This document shows positions 49,642-59,536 of a DNA stretch of 64,000 bases, in pieces. Both the position numbers and the translations under genes were made by a program. The number at the start of each line of letters is the position of its first letter. Within the stretch, counting starts at the first letter, position 1. The notes under the pieces were generated by a model. It did not search any database. It was not told the origin of the DNA and saw only the letters and a program-made list of their open reading frames with translations. Source of the DNA: Candidatus Poribacteria bacterium (GTDB taxonomy: Bacteria > Poribacteria > WGA-4E > WGA-3G); contig CBDANF010000002.1 in the NCBI GenBank assembly GCA_965197475.1, positions 384,001-448,000 on the forward strand, given 5' to 3'.

Positions 49642-50997
49642 CTGATATTTCTCAGAATGGTCTTGAACCTAATAATAATCAATAGAAACAAGGTATAGCA
49701 CCATGAAAATGCGTTTTTGCTGTGTCCATTTTCCTTGACTTTTATAGCATGAGATAGCATCCTAATTACAGATTTGAATATAAACAAACATTAGGAGGAT
49801 ATCTCATGCTAACTCAGCTTATCAAATCTACCACTTTTTTTCAAGAACTTCTATCTTCACAGTTTCGGACCTTGAAACAGCATTTTGTTCATACCTTAGT
49901 GTTTTTGTCAACCTGCCATCTGTTTGGGCTCACTAACCCGGATCAAGTGGCGGATGCGTTGTCTATTCCGAAAACGAGGCTATATCGGGAACTGAACACG
50001 ATGAGTCTTTATCTCTGGCAGCATCTTTTTGTGCGTATCGGGTGTTCTATTGCGTTAGAGGTGCTACAGGAGGCAGTATCAAAAAGTGCTGCTTCTCTAT
50101 CGCGTCTGTGTATCGTCATCAGTGTGGATGATACCTTTGTTTTCCGCTATGGAGAGGGTCTCGCCTACACATCCAATTGGTGGTCTTCTCAAGCAAAACA
50201 GCCGATGAAGGGGCAAAATATATTGGGGATCGTCCTAAAGATTGGAAAACGGATCATTCCCCTGAATATGCGACTGATCAGCAAACAAGGCCGCGGGAAC
50301 ACGGATAAACCCTCCTGTGTCATCACTATGTTCAAGGAAATCTTGTCTTTCTTTGAAGGGACCGGAATAGATATCCGAAACTATCCGGTCACCTTTGATT
50401 CGTGGTATGGCAGCCACCACTTGATTGACACCTTGCGAGAAATGGGATTTGAAACGATCCTTGTGCACGGAAAAAGCAACTATGTGATGACGATTGATGA
50501 AAAAAGGGCGAAACTCTCGGAACATAAAAAGTCGATCCAACTCCTCTCCAATCAATGGGGGTGCGATAAACCGGTCTATCGGACTAAAGCCACAAGTCCA
50601 ACTTTTGGAAAAGTAGTGGTGTTGTTCTTTGCAGACCGTGGCAAAGTCCGAACAATGCTGGTATTCGGGAAACCGCTGCGTGCGTGTGAAATCCTACGGA
50701 TATGGTCTCAACACCACGGTATAGAACAGTATTGGCGGTATCTAAAAACAGACCTAAACCTTGCATCCATGAGCCTAAAAGGACGGAATGGCGCGTATGC
50801 GAACTTAGGTGTGAAAGTGATGAGCTACCTTTTGATACAGCAGGTCAGTCGCTCCGTGCGAAAAACCTTTCATCAAGGACAACTTGAACTTTCAGGACAG
50901 AGGCAGATGCTGTCTGATCTCAGCGAGCATTTTCATGAACAAATACCAAGAAAACACTGATAAACATTGACATATGAAGAATTTTGATAAATATCAG
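49642..50997 (+). mobile_element. IS701/ISH3-like insertion sequence
   Basis: TIRs CTGATATTT(C/A)TCA(G/A)AAT; 5-bp TSD CCAAA at 49637-49641 and 50998-51002. Confidence 0.92.
49806..50960 (+). CDS. DDE transposase (IS4 superfamily, IS701/ISH3-like)
   Basis: ISVDDT, TFDSWY, HGIEQYWRYLK. Confidence 0.9.
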   Translation: MLTQLIKSTTFFQELLSSQFRTLKQHFVHTLVFLSTCHLFGLTNPDQVADALSIPKTRLYRELNTMSLYLWQHLFVRIGCSIALEVLQEAVSKSAASLSRLCIVISVDDTFVFRYGEGLAYTSNWWSSQAKQPMKGQNILGIVLKIGKRIIPLNMRLISKQGRGNTDKPSCVITMFKEILSFFEGTGIDIRNYPVTFDSWYGSHHLIDTLREMGFETILVHGKSNYVMTIDEKRAKLSEHKKSIQLLSNQWGCDKPVYRTKATSPTFGKVVVLFFADRGKVRTMLVFGKPLRACEILRIWSQHHGIEQYWRYLKTDLNLASMSLKGRNGAYANLGVKVMSYLLIQQVSRSVRKTFHQGQLELSGQRQMLSDLSEHFHEQIPRKH

Positions 50998-51807
50998 CCA
51001 AAAATAAGCAATCGTTGAAAGTGGTTTATATCTTTGGCAAGTTGATAAATACGGAGCAACCGCTCGGTTACAATTTTCCGTTGCGCGGTGCCGCTACCAA
51101 ATTGACTGACTACTTCATCAATCGTTGCTTTGTATATTCCTTCAGGCAAATCACCCGCATCATTTAGATCGGGAAGCGTCATTCAATTTAACCTCTATTG
51201 TGGACGCGCACAATCAAGAATCTTGTAATCTTGGTTCAGACAAAATTCGCTTAATTTGCTACAATCCGCGATTCAGACAAATAATACCGCAAGCAAGGAA
51301 GATTATCCCTGTACACGATGTGATTATAGCATATCACAGATTTGACAAAGTGTCAATCCTTTTCTTAAAAACGGATGTGTAAAGTTTTGTTATTAAGAAC
51401 ATAAAGATGTGTATTGTCAAAAATATTAATCCTTTTCAATATTGTGTGTTTTATTAGGACGTTTTGCACGTTCCACGGACGTGCAAATGCCAAGCAGTAC
51501 ATGGATTAGGGCGTGATTTTGTGTGTGTGTGTTTTTTTTTTGCATCTTCTCTGGTTTCATCTTGCAACATTAGTGGTCAACATCTGAAGATATAATCGTT
51601 ATGTGATAATAAGTATAACATAGATACGTGTGTTTGTCAAATTATTTAGAAGAATTCAGTCTTTTACCAAAAACTTTACACACCTCTTTTCTAAATCCTG
51701 TAAATCCTGGTTCAGACAATCCGAGATTCTGACAATAGTGACAGCACGCGGAGTGTGCATGCCACTATGCATCGTGCTTACAAAGCGCGACTACAAACGC
51801 AGTAAAT

Positions 51808-51845
51808 ATTAACCCGCTACCGATTCTCATCAACAGCGGGTTAAT
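51808..51845 (-). terminator. Hairpin downstream of the aldehyde dehydrogenase gene
   Basis: ATTAACCCGCT...AGCGGGTTAAT inverted repeat. Confidence 0.5.
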
Positions 51846-51868
51846 ACTTAAACATCCTATGTTTGCAC

Positions 51869-53287
51869 TTAACTGTCCAAATGGAAGATAGCCATCTTCA
51901 ACTCGGTCATCTCTTCAATAGCGTATTTCGGACCCTCTTTGCCCATACCGCTCTCTTTAACACCACCATACGGCATCAAATCCGCACGCCACTGCGTTCC
52001 CCAGTTTACCATCAGGTTACCAGATTCAACTTCACGGACAAACCGCATTGCCCAATCAATGTTCTGTGTGAAGATAGCAGCACTCAGTCCATAGTTCGTA
52101 TCGTTCGCGAGGGTGATCGCCTCATCAATATCGTTGACACGCGTCACACCGACAGCCGGTCCGAACACTTCATCGCAAGATATTTTCATTTTAGGTTTGA
52201 CGTTGGCGAGGATAGCAGGCGTAACAAACTGATCTTGCTTTTCGCCACCTGTGAGGAGTTCCGCACCGTCTGACACTGCCTCCTTAATCCATTCGGTGAC
52301 ACGGGCTGCATCCCCTTCACGAATCATCGGTCCCATCCGCACACCGGATTCCAACGGATTGCCTATACCGATTTGAGAGACTTCCGCTTGGAACGCATCT
52401 AAGAAATCGCCATAAATTTTTTCATGGGCGATGACGCGTTGCGTTGAGATACAGACCTGTCCTGCGTTAGAGTAACCGGAGGCTGCTGCTGCACGTGCAA
52501 CCTTTTCCGGATCCGCATCGGGCATAACGATGAGCGGAGAATTTGAACCGAGTTCCATCGTTACCCGTTTCAATCCTGCGACCTTACAGATATGTTCGCC
52601 AACATCACGACTGCCGGTAAAGGTAATTTTTCGGACACGACTATCCGCGCAGAGCGTATCTCCTATTTCGCCGCCGGGACCTGTAACACACTGGATCGCT
52701 TCTGGCGGCGTGCCTGCTTCTAAAAAGAGTTCCACCAATTTCAGTGCTGAGAGCGGTGTATCCGTCGCGGGTTTGATAATAATAGCGTTTCCACCAGCAA
52801 TAGCAGGACCGGCTTTGTGGCAGACAAGGTGCAGCGGAAAGTTGAATGGACTAATCCCAACAACAATACCACACGGCACACGCACCGTAAACCCAAGTTT
52901 GTTTTTTACACCAGGCGCGCCTTCAAGTGGGATCGTTTCACCGGTTAACCTTTTTGCTTCTTCTGCAGAGAGCGCGATAATTTCTGATGCGCGTGTTGCC
53001 TCAACGGTCGCCTCAGCTAAAATCTTCCCCTCTTCACGGGTGATAACCTCAGCAAGTTCTCCTGCCCGTTCAAGCATCAAATCCGCAACTTTCCGCAAGA
53101 TTTCGTAACGTTCATAGCCTGTCAATCCCGCCATGATTTTTGCGCCGCGTTCTGCGGTCTGAATAGCGGTTTCAACGTCGTTGGCATCCCCTTTCGGTAC
53201 AGTATCAACAACGGAACCGTCAAAAGGACTCAGTACATCAATTTTGTTAGATTTGTCAATCCATTCTCCACCAACGTGCATTCGCAT
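51869..53287 (-). CDS. Aldehyde dehydrogenase
   Basis: ISPFNFP, FTGS, MELGSNSP, NAGQVCIS, EVFGP, YGGVKESG. Confidence 0.95.
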   Translation of the reverse strand: MRMHVGGEWIDKSNKIDVLSPFDGSVVDTVPKGDANDVETAIQTAERGAKIMAGLTGYERYEILRKVADLMLERAGELAEVITREEGKILAEATVEATRASEIIALSAEEAKRLTGETIPLEGAPGVKNKLGFTVRVPCGIVVGISPFNFPLHLVCHKAGPAIAGGNAIIIKPATDTPLSALKLVELFLEAGTPPEAIQCVTGPGGEIGDTLCADSRVRKITFTGSRDVGEHICKVAGLKRVTMELGSNSPLIVMPDADPEKVARAAAASGYSNAGQVCISTQRVIAHEKIYGDFLDAFQAEVSQIGIGNPLESGVRMGPMIREGDAARVTEWIKEAVSDGAELLTGGEKQDQFVTPAILANVKPKMKISCDEVFGPAVGVTRVNDIDEAITLANDTNYGLSAAIFTQNIDWAMRFVREVESGNLMVNWGTQWRADLMPYGGVKESGMGKEGPKYAIEEMTELKMAIFHLDS

Positions 53288-53338
53288 AATGCGTTTTCTC
53301 CATTTCTGTTTCGGCACACGGCGTGTGCCTGCTAATGT

Positions 53339-54109
53339 TTACTTTTTGGACTTTAGCAAACCCCAAGTAGTGGTCGCTTTTCCAGCTGCCTCAACTGCGG
53401 CATAATCTACTAAGCCAGTATCCATGACATCGTTGACTTGCGCTTTAGAAAGTGCTTTTGTAAAGAAACCTACTTCATCAAAGAGCCCTGTCGCGGCGAT
53501 ATTGCCAGGACGCGCACCTATCCAAATTGGTGATTGACTGGTATCCAGCGTTCCACCACTCGCCTTTTCAACATCCAGTTTTCCATCAATGAACATCTTA
53601 ACACTTTTGCCATCATAAACTTTTACGATATGATGCCACTTACCATCTGCCACGATAGTTTTACCCGGCAGACGAGTCTCCACGCCCTTGACGTGCCACA
53701 TAAACACCGGATAATCAGCATCATGAATCCATATATCAAGATAACATACAAGATTAGGCTCAGGCCAAACCTCTCCATTTCGCCAAACGACATACTGCCA
53801 TGAGGCTGCTTGCAACTTTACCCAGGCGACGAACGTATAAGGATCGGCGTTGAAAACATCGTCATGTTCAATTCGGACGTAACTGTCACCCTTGCCGGGA
53901 AATTGTAATGCCCTGCCGAATTTACCATCATCCACCCATTTCAGAGATCCTTTGACATTGCCATCATGTCCGCTAACTATATCTTTGGCTACATTTCCAT
54001 CATTTTCTTCAAATAACCACGCGCTAACTAAACCGAGTTTCGCTGCCTGAGCAGAAAAAACTGCTCCGATGATAAGTATTGTCAAACACAAAATAGTTTT
54101 TTTCACCAT
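53339..54109 (-). CDS. Secreted LamG (ConA-like) domain protein
   Basis: Signal peptide, GKFGRALQF, DGKWHHI..YDG..FIDG, C-terminal AVEAAGKATTTWGLLK. Confidence 0.9.
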   Translation of the reverse strand: MVKKTILCLTILIIGAVFSAQAAKLGLVSAWLFEENDGNVAKDIVSGHDGNVKGSLKWVDDGKFGRALQFPGKGDSYVRIEHDDVFNADPYTFVAWVKLQAASWQYVVWRNGEVWPEPNLVCYLDIWIHDADYPVFMWHVKGVETRLPGKTIVADGKWHHIVKVYDGKSVKMFIDGKLDVEKASGGTLDTSQSPIWIGARPGNIAATGLFDEVGFFTKALSKAQVNDVMDTGLVDYAAVEAAGKATTTWGLLKSKK

Positions 54110-54184
54110 GTATCTCCTTTTAATTCTACTAAAACGACAGAATAAGCATTTTACGACAAAGAGTAGTCTGTTCTACGTGTTATT

Positions 54185-55009
54185 TTATGAAACGTGCCAA
54201 TTGTGTGTTACCGCTTCCCTGGATGTGGCGTAATCTTCTTCCTTTTTGGTTTTCAGCAACCCCCAAGTTGTTGTTGCTTTTCCAGCAGCTTCAACAGCGG
54301 CATAGTCAGCTAACCCGTTATCCTTGACATCGTTAAGTTCATTTTCAGAAAGTGCCATTGCAAAGAATCCGATTTCGTCTAAGAGGCCTGTCGCTGCGAT
54401 ACCGTTTGGGTTTGCGCCAATCCAAATTGGCGATTCATTGGTGTCCAACGTTCCACCACTCGGCTTTTCACCATCCAGTTTCCCATCAATGAACATCTTG
54501 ACATTATTACCATCATAAACTTTGGCGATGTGGTGCCATTTATCATCAGTAATAATGACTTTACCATCAATTTGACCTTTTTCCTCCCCGGCGTTCCACA
54601 TGAAAACTGGAAACCCATCTTCGTGAACCCATATATCAAGGTGTCGAATCTCTTTCGGTTCGGGCCAAACCTCACCATTCCGCCAGACGATATACTGCCA
54701 GGAAGCGGATTTTAACTTGACCCATGCAACAAATGTGTAGGGATCCGCATTGAAAACATCATCGTGAGGGATATGGACGTAACTATCACTGTTCCCGGAA
54801 AATTTCAAAGCACTACCGAATTTACCGTAAGAAAACCAGCTTAATTTTCCTTTGATATTCCCATCGTTTCCGCTGACGACATCTTTGACCACATTTCCAC
54901 TATTTTCATCAAATAACCATGCACTCACTAAGCCGAACTTCCCTGCGTGGACAGAAAAAACTGCTCCGATGAAAAGAATTGTTAAACTTAAAATACTCGT
55001 TTTTATCAT
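54185..55009 (-). CDS. Secreted LamG domain protein (tandem paralog)
   Basis: Highly similar to 53339-54109. Confidence 0.9.
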   Translation of the reverse strand: MIKTSILSLTILFIGAVFSVHAGKFGLVSAWLFDENSGNVVKDVVSGNDGNIKGKLSWFSYGKFGSALKFSGNSDSYVHIPHDDVFNADPYTFVAWVKLKSASWQYIVWRNGEVWPEPKEIRHLDIWVHEDGFPVFMWNAGEEKGQIDGKVIITDDKWHHIAKVYDGNNVKMFIDGKLDGEKPSGGTLDTNESPIWIGANPNGIAATGLLDEIGFFAMALSENELNDVKDNGLADYAAVEAAGKATTTWGLLKTKKEEDYATSREAVTHNWHVS

Positions 55010-55040
55010 ATTTCTATTTCTTAATACTGTATCAGCAGCT

Positions 55041-56046
55041 TCAGACGCGGCAATTGTCAAGCGCGTCTTCATCCAATTCAACACCTAACCCGGGTTTATC
55101 CGGTATAGTCGCATATCCATCAACAAGCGGAATAGTTGAAGGCGTAACAATGTCAAAAGCACGCAAAGCATTTAGAGTAATCCCTGGCATGGTTGCATTC
55201 CGCATCACTGCAGCAAGATGCATGACGTAACAGGTTGTAATGCCGAGACCGACAATCTGTATCCACACGGGGAGATGCGGCGGCATCTGAAATAATCGCT
55301 TCACGTTTAGCGTTTGCAGCACACGAGTCTGGATAAGCGATAATAAATGAATCGTTCATCTTGGCACGAATCGCTTCAACCGGATCCGGATTTCCGAAGT
55401 GAATTGTAATCGGCATGTCTGTGTGCCGCTTAATTTCTTGGTATCCGGCTATATTCGACTGTGGAATCGGCGTTTCAAAGGACTCTATATTGAAATCCTG
55501 AAGTTGTCGGGCAACTTCAAGGGTGCGTTCTGGTGTTTCAAAAGAGTCATTGGCATCTACGCGGAGTTGAAAATCATCTGGCACGACTTCTGTGATTGCC
55601 TCAACTTGTTCACGTACTTCAAACCATGGACGTGCCTTAATTTTATGGAGTCGATAACCGATCGAGTACGCATGTTGTGCTTCTGCAGCCCACTCCTCCG
55701 GTGTCATGTCAATTGACCAATATCCGAATGATGTTTTGTCGTTAACCTTTTCACCTAATAGTTGATGGACAGGGACACCGAGTGCCTTACCCATGATGTC
55801 ATAAAAGGCTTGCTGAAGCGGGGTTGATGCCCAACCGTTCATAAACTCAAACGGGTTTCTACCAATATATCGCTGAACAGCTTCCTCCGATTGGAACGAA
55901 CCATCGCCGATACCGGTAATTCCGGCATCGGTGTGTACTTTGTAAACGTGATCAATCTGATAAAGATTACGGCGCGTCATCAATTCATAAATGCCATCAT
56001 GGTAAGGTACTCTGACCTTAATAACCTCAATTTGCGTAATTTTCAT
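55041..56046 (-). pseudogene. Mandelate racemase/MLE enolase-superfamily enzyme, frameshift at about 55280
   Basis: YDIMGKALGVPVHQLLG, KIK, VDAN, ETP; C-terminal PDKPGLGVELD in the shifted frame. Confidence 0.88.
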
Positions 56047-56128
56047 GATTCTGACTCTCCTTATCCAAATAACGATCTTCTGTCTGTCGTTCGTTGATAT
56101 AAAAAATTATTTTTGCGTTTACGGATTA

Positions 56129-56581
56129 CTATTCATCACGTCGAATCCAACTGACGACATCCTCAGCTTCACCTGTCCCACCTTCCACACCATCACTGCC
56201 AAATGAAATAAGGTCGTACCCGTATCGGTCATGCACGCCGGGACGGATGTAAATGTATAGATTTCCCCACGGATCCTCTGTAATTGGGATTTGAATGTAT
56301 GGACCTAACCAGTTTATAGGCAAGGGTGGTTCTTCGGGTTTTTCCCAAAGTGCCTTCAAGCCTTGTTCAGTTGAAGGATAATCTCCGCTGTCTCTGGCAT
56401 ATCTATCAAGAGCGATACCAAGCGTTTCAATGTCCTCCGCAGCGCGTGTTTGTAATGCGCGCCCTGTTTGCCCGAGCAACCGTGGTGCCAAAAGCACTGC
56501 AGCAATAACACCAAGAACGACAACGACTACTAATATCTGGACCAATGTTAATCCTGATTGCTTAGAATCAATTTGTTTCAC
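56129..56581 (-). CDS. gspG: Type II secretion major pseudopilin
   Basis: GLTLVQILVV prepilin site (Q at +5), YPSTEQGLKAL, DPWGNLYIY, SFGSDG. Confidence 0.88.
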   Translation of the reverse strand: MKQIDSKQSGLTLVQILVVVVVLGVIAAVLLAPRLLGQTGRALQTRAAEDIETLGIALDRYARDSGDYPSTEQGLKALWEKPEEPPLPINWLGPYIQIPITEDPWGNLYIYIRPGVHDRYGYDLISFGSDGVEGGTGEAEDVVSWIRRDE

Positions 56582-56699
56582 GTATACGTCTCCGCGCTCC
56601 CTATATTGATATAGTGTTGAAAATCTTCAAAAAGTTTATCACATATAACTGATTGTGTCAACTTTTTGTTGAATATGAACGGAAGCATTTTAGTAAAAT

Positions 56700-56954
56700 C
56701 TAAGAGTTCTCTCTTTGAGAATAGGTTTCCCATAATTTCTTTGGATTCTCAACAGAAAGACCGACGTTTCCACATTCGCCACAAACAGTTGCTCTCAACG
56801 CTTCCCTATGAGCACCCTTGAAAATAAGAGCATTAGGGTTACTTTCTATTTCAACTGCTATATCTTGACCAATAGGTGCATCATAACGATCCCGAATCCG
56901 TAAGTTTGGCATGATATTTTCAGAACCGCACCTTGGACATTTCATTGTAGCCAT
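56700..56954 (-). CDS. Small zinc-ribbon protein
   Basis: CPRCGS...CGECG. Confidence 0.75.
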   Translation of the reverse strand: MATMKCPRCGSENIMPNLRIRDRYDAPIGQDIAVEIESNPNALIFKGAHREALRATVCGECGNVGLSVENPKKLWETYSQRENS

Positions 56955-57002
56955 TTGGTTTGTCTCCTTATCTCAATATTTGATTAACGGCATTCATGAC
57001 AT

Positions 57003-58142
57003 TCAATTGATCGCATTGCTGGATGCGGCCCTTTTCCATCTTTCCAGCGGATGTTCGCGTGGTGTTAACGGCATATACACCCGACCCTTTTGCCGATGCG
57101 ATTCCCATGTTGCATGAATCATTTCAAGGCAATCCCGACCATCTCTGCCGCTTGCAAAAGGTTCTCGGTCTTCTTCAATCGCTTCAATAAGATCACGTAT
57201 CATCAGACGTTGCAAAAACAACCGTCTGGATCCTTTATCACGTTGATTCCCTTTTTCATCAATGTCTTCGTCAGGTAGATCCACCGGTTCCCACGCTTGT
57301 GCGGGGGTTTGATGTTGTCCTCTATGGATAAACATCGTTGTGCCAACGCTCTCTCGGATAGCGATACGTCCTTCTGTTCCGATAATGTCTATTCCGTAAG
57401 CAGTATCATTGGTTTGGGGTTGCGCGAGGAATTGCACATCCGCATGGATACTGTTCTTAAAGCGAAAGGAGACGTGACCACGTTCACCGATCACAAGTCC
57501 AGAATCGCGATCGTTCGGGTGAACCTCTTGTGTATGTTTGATGTCGTCAATGGTTGATTCGCGTCCATCCATCTGCACGAGGTGTGCGTGTGTCCACTCA
57601 ACATCGCCGCCAAAAAGTCGCACCCAATCATAGAGATGTGTTCCCATCTCCATCAGCGAGTTACCTGCCTTGCGTCCACCTTTGTCAGTTGCCTTCATCA
57701 AGACAACATCACCAATTTCGCCTTTCTCAATCAGCGAAAGGACATAACGATTAAAAAGACTGGCGCGTTTGATATGATTAATGGCGAACTTGATGTTGTG
57801 CGTATCACAAACTTCAACCATTTCATCAGCTTGAATGAGGTTGAGCGCAATCGGCTTTTCACAGAAGACGTGGATGCCGCGTTGTGCAGCCGCAATGGTT
57901 GGTGGGTGGTGCATAGGGGCTTGCGTTGGAACAATAACAATATCAGGTTTCTGTTCATCAAGCATCTTCTCATAGTCGTCATAGATGGCATTGACACCGA
58001 ATCTTTCACTCCATGCTTTTGCGCGTTCCGGATTGAGTTCTGCTCCAGCGACGAGTTCACAGTTTATCTCTAACTTTACCGCCTGAGCATGATGACCTCC
58101 CATGCCGCCCAAGCCAATAATCGCAATACGGTAGTTTTTCAT
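57003..58142 (-). CDS. Gfo/Idh/MocA oxidoreductase
   Basis: IIGLGGMG, HVFCEKP, MGTHLYD. Confidence 0.92.
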   Translation of the reverse strand: MKNYRIAIIGLGGMGGHHAQAVKLEINCELVAGAELNPERAKAWSERFGVNAIYDDYEKMLDEQKPDIVIVPTQAPMHHPPTIAAAQRGIHVFCEKPIALNLIQADEMVEVCDTHNIKFAINHIKRASLFNRYVLSLIEKGEIGDVVLMKATDKGGRKAGNSLMEMGTHLYDWVRLFGGDVEWTHAHLVQMDGRESTIDDIKHTQEVHPNDRDSGLVIGERGHVSFRFKNSIHADVQFLAQPQTNDTAYGIDIIGTEGRIAIRESVGTTMFIHRGQHQTPAQAWEPVDLPDEDIDEKGNQRDKGSRRLFLQRLMIRDLIEAIEEDREPFASGRDGRDCLEMIHATWESHRQKGRVYMPLTPREHPLERWKRAASSNAIN

Positions 58143-58278
58143 GCATGTCTCCGAAGTTGACCAAAAAAATTCGTTGCTTACAACTATCATAGCAACTTCA
58201 AAATGAAAGTGCAATAAAAAACGGTACGGTTATAGCACCGCACCGGATTAAGGTATTGTTGCAAGGTCTTTGTAAGAA

Positions 58279-59361
58279 TTACTGGATTTTCACGTTTGCC
58301 CAAGTCGTTGTCAGCTTATTTGTATCAGGGGTAACATCGTAAACACCTTCGATATCCAAAGCGATCCCAGATACGGATTTCAATCCCGTAAGAATATCTG
58401 TGACATTTGTTCCATCAAGGTTTGCACGTTGGATTTTATGCATTTTTGTCTCCCGATCCCAACTGGCCCAGTAAATTTTTTGGGATTGCGGGTCTAAAAC
58501 GATTTCTTCTGGAGAATTCAATCCTGTGACAAAGTCTTCAACGTTATCTCCATTGAAAGAGGCGCGTTTGATTGTGCCTCTGTTCGGGTTAGACCAGTAT
58601 ATCTGGTGAGTGTGCACGTCCAACGCAAGTCCCACTATGGTAGTAGGCCATCTGATAACGATGTCTTCAATGTCGGTTCCGTCAAGGTTCGCACGTCTGA
58701 TTGTCTTACTCGCAAGTCCAACCCAATACATCTTACCTGCCTTCAGGTCCAATTTAATGTCCCATATACCTGCATCCGCTACTCTTCGGGGAAAGAGGTT
58801 TTCAATATCGGTTCCGTCAAGGTTAGCACGCTGAATATTACGAGGAGATAAGTTTCCCCAGTATATCCTGTTTGTTTCACCATCTACAGCGATACAGCGT
58901 GGCTCGATTTGCAATTCAGGATCTATTTCAACCGGGTGGTCTTGGCCTTTTGGAAACAACTTTACCTTACACACCCCATGAACACATTCTCTAATAGCAC
59001 GACCTCCTTCAGGTGGAAGCGTAAGTCCTGTAATAATGTCTTTGATATTAGAACCATTAAGGTTTGCACGCTGAATTGTAGCTGTGCCAATTGTGGTGCC
59101 CTCTATTTTAGTTGTGCCGGTGTCAATCCAGTACATCTTTCCGTTCCGTAGGTCTAAAGTGATATCCTTTGGTAGAAACAGATTCGGCACTACATCTTCA
59201 ACAGCGGATCCGCCAAAATTAGCTCTTCTGATTTTACCCCATTCCGACCAGTAAATTTTGCCTTTTCCTTGTGCGTAAGTAATACCTTGGACAACATAAA
59301 TCAACAAAACTGTTACCAAAATGAGCATGATCCGTTTTTTCAACGTGAACATATTTTTCAT
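58279..59361 (-). CDS. Secreted LDL-receptor class B (YWTD) repeat protein
   Basis: Repeated K(M/I)YW...IxRANLDG units; C-terminal KLTTTWANVK. Confidence 0.88.
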   Translation of the reverse strand: MKNMFTLKKRIMLILVTVLLIYVVQGITYAQGKGKIYWSEWGKIRRANFGGSAVEDVVPNLFLPKDITLDLRNGKMYWIDTGTTKIEGTTIGTATIQRANLNGSNIKDIITGLTLPPEGGRAIRECVHGVCKVKLFPKGQDHPVEIDPELQIEPRCIAVDGETNRIYWGNLSPRNIQRANLDGTDIENLFPRRVADAGIWDIKLDLKAGKMYWVGLASKTIRRANLDGTDIEDIVIRWPTTIVGLALDVHTHQIYWSNPNRGTIKRASFNGDNVEDFVTGLNSPEEIVLDPQSQKIYWASWDRETKMHKIQRANLDGTNVTDILTGLKSVSGIALDIEGVYDVTPDTNKLTTTWANVKIQ

Positions 59362-59383
59362 TTCATAAACTCCTTGTCTCTAA

Positions 59384-59472
59384 TACCATATTAACTTGAT
59401 CCTTCTCGGTTGGCGCGCTTTGTCCGCGCGCTGTCTGCCCAGAAAAATAAGACTAATCCCGTTAATTTGGTA
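59384..59472. mobile_element. Second full 89-bp MITE copy (opposite orientation), TAA TSD
   Basis: TAA|TACCATATTAACTTGATCC...GACTAATCCCGTTAATTTGGTA|TAA. Confidence 0.88.
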
Positions 59473-59536
59473 TAAAACCGTCTTGATATAGAACAAGTAT
59501 AAGTACGAACTTATTTTACCATAAGGTTTTTATAAA

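Larger units (their letters stand above)
49373..51182 (-). pseudogene. DUF6932-like nucleotidyltransferase-fold gene split by an IS
   Basis: MTLPDLNDAGDLPEGIY...LLIFG | SYITAKPA(P)NDIDV...KRDGTRRGIIEV; a further 1-nt frameshift at about 49610. Confidence 0.8.

Noticed and set aside
51519-51541. (TG)n plus poly-T tract as a phase-variation switch
   Set aside because: It lies inside a non-coding MITE-like element, not in an identifiable gene or promoter
52530-53108. Long antisense ORFs (e.g. 192 aa opposite ALDH, 163 aa opposite Gfo/Idh/MocA)
   Set aside because: Shadow ORFs of well-conserved genes on the other strand, with no motifs
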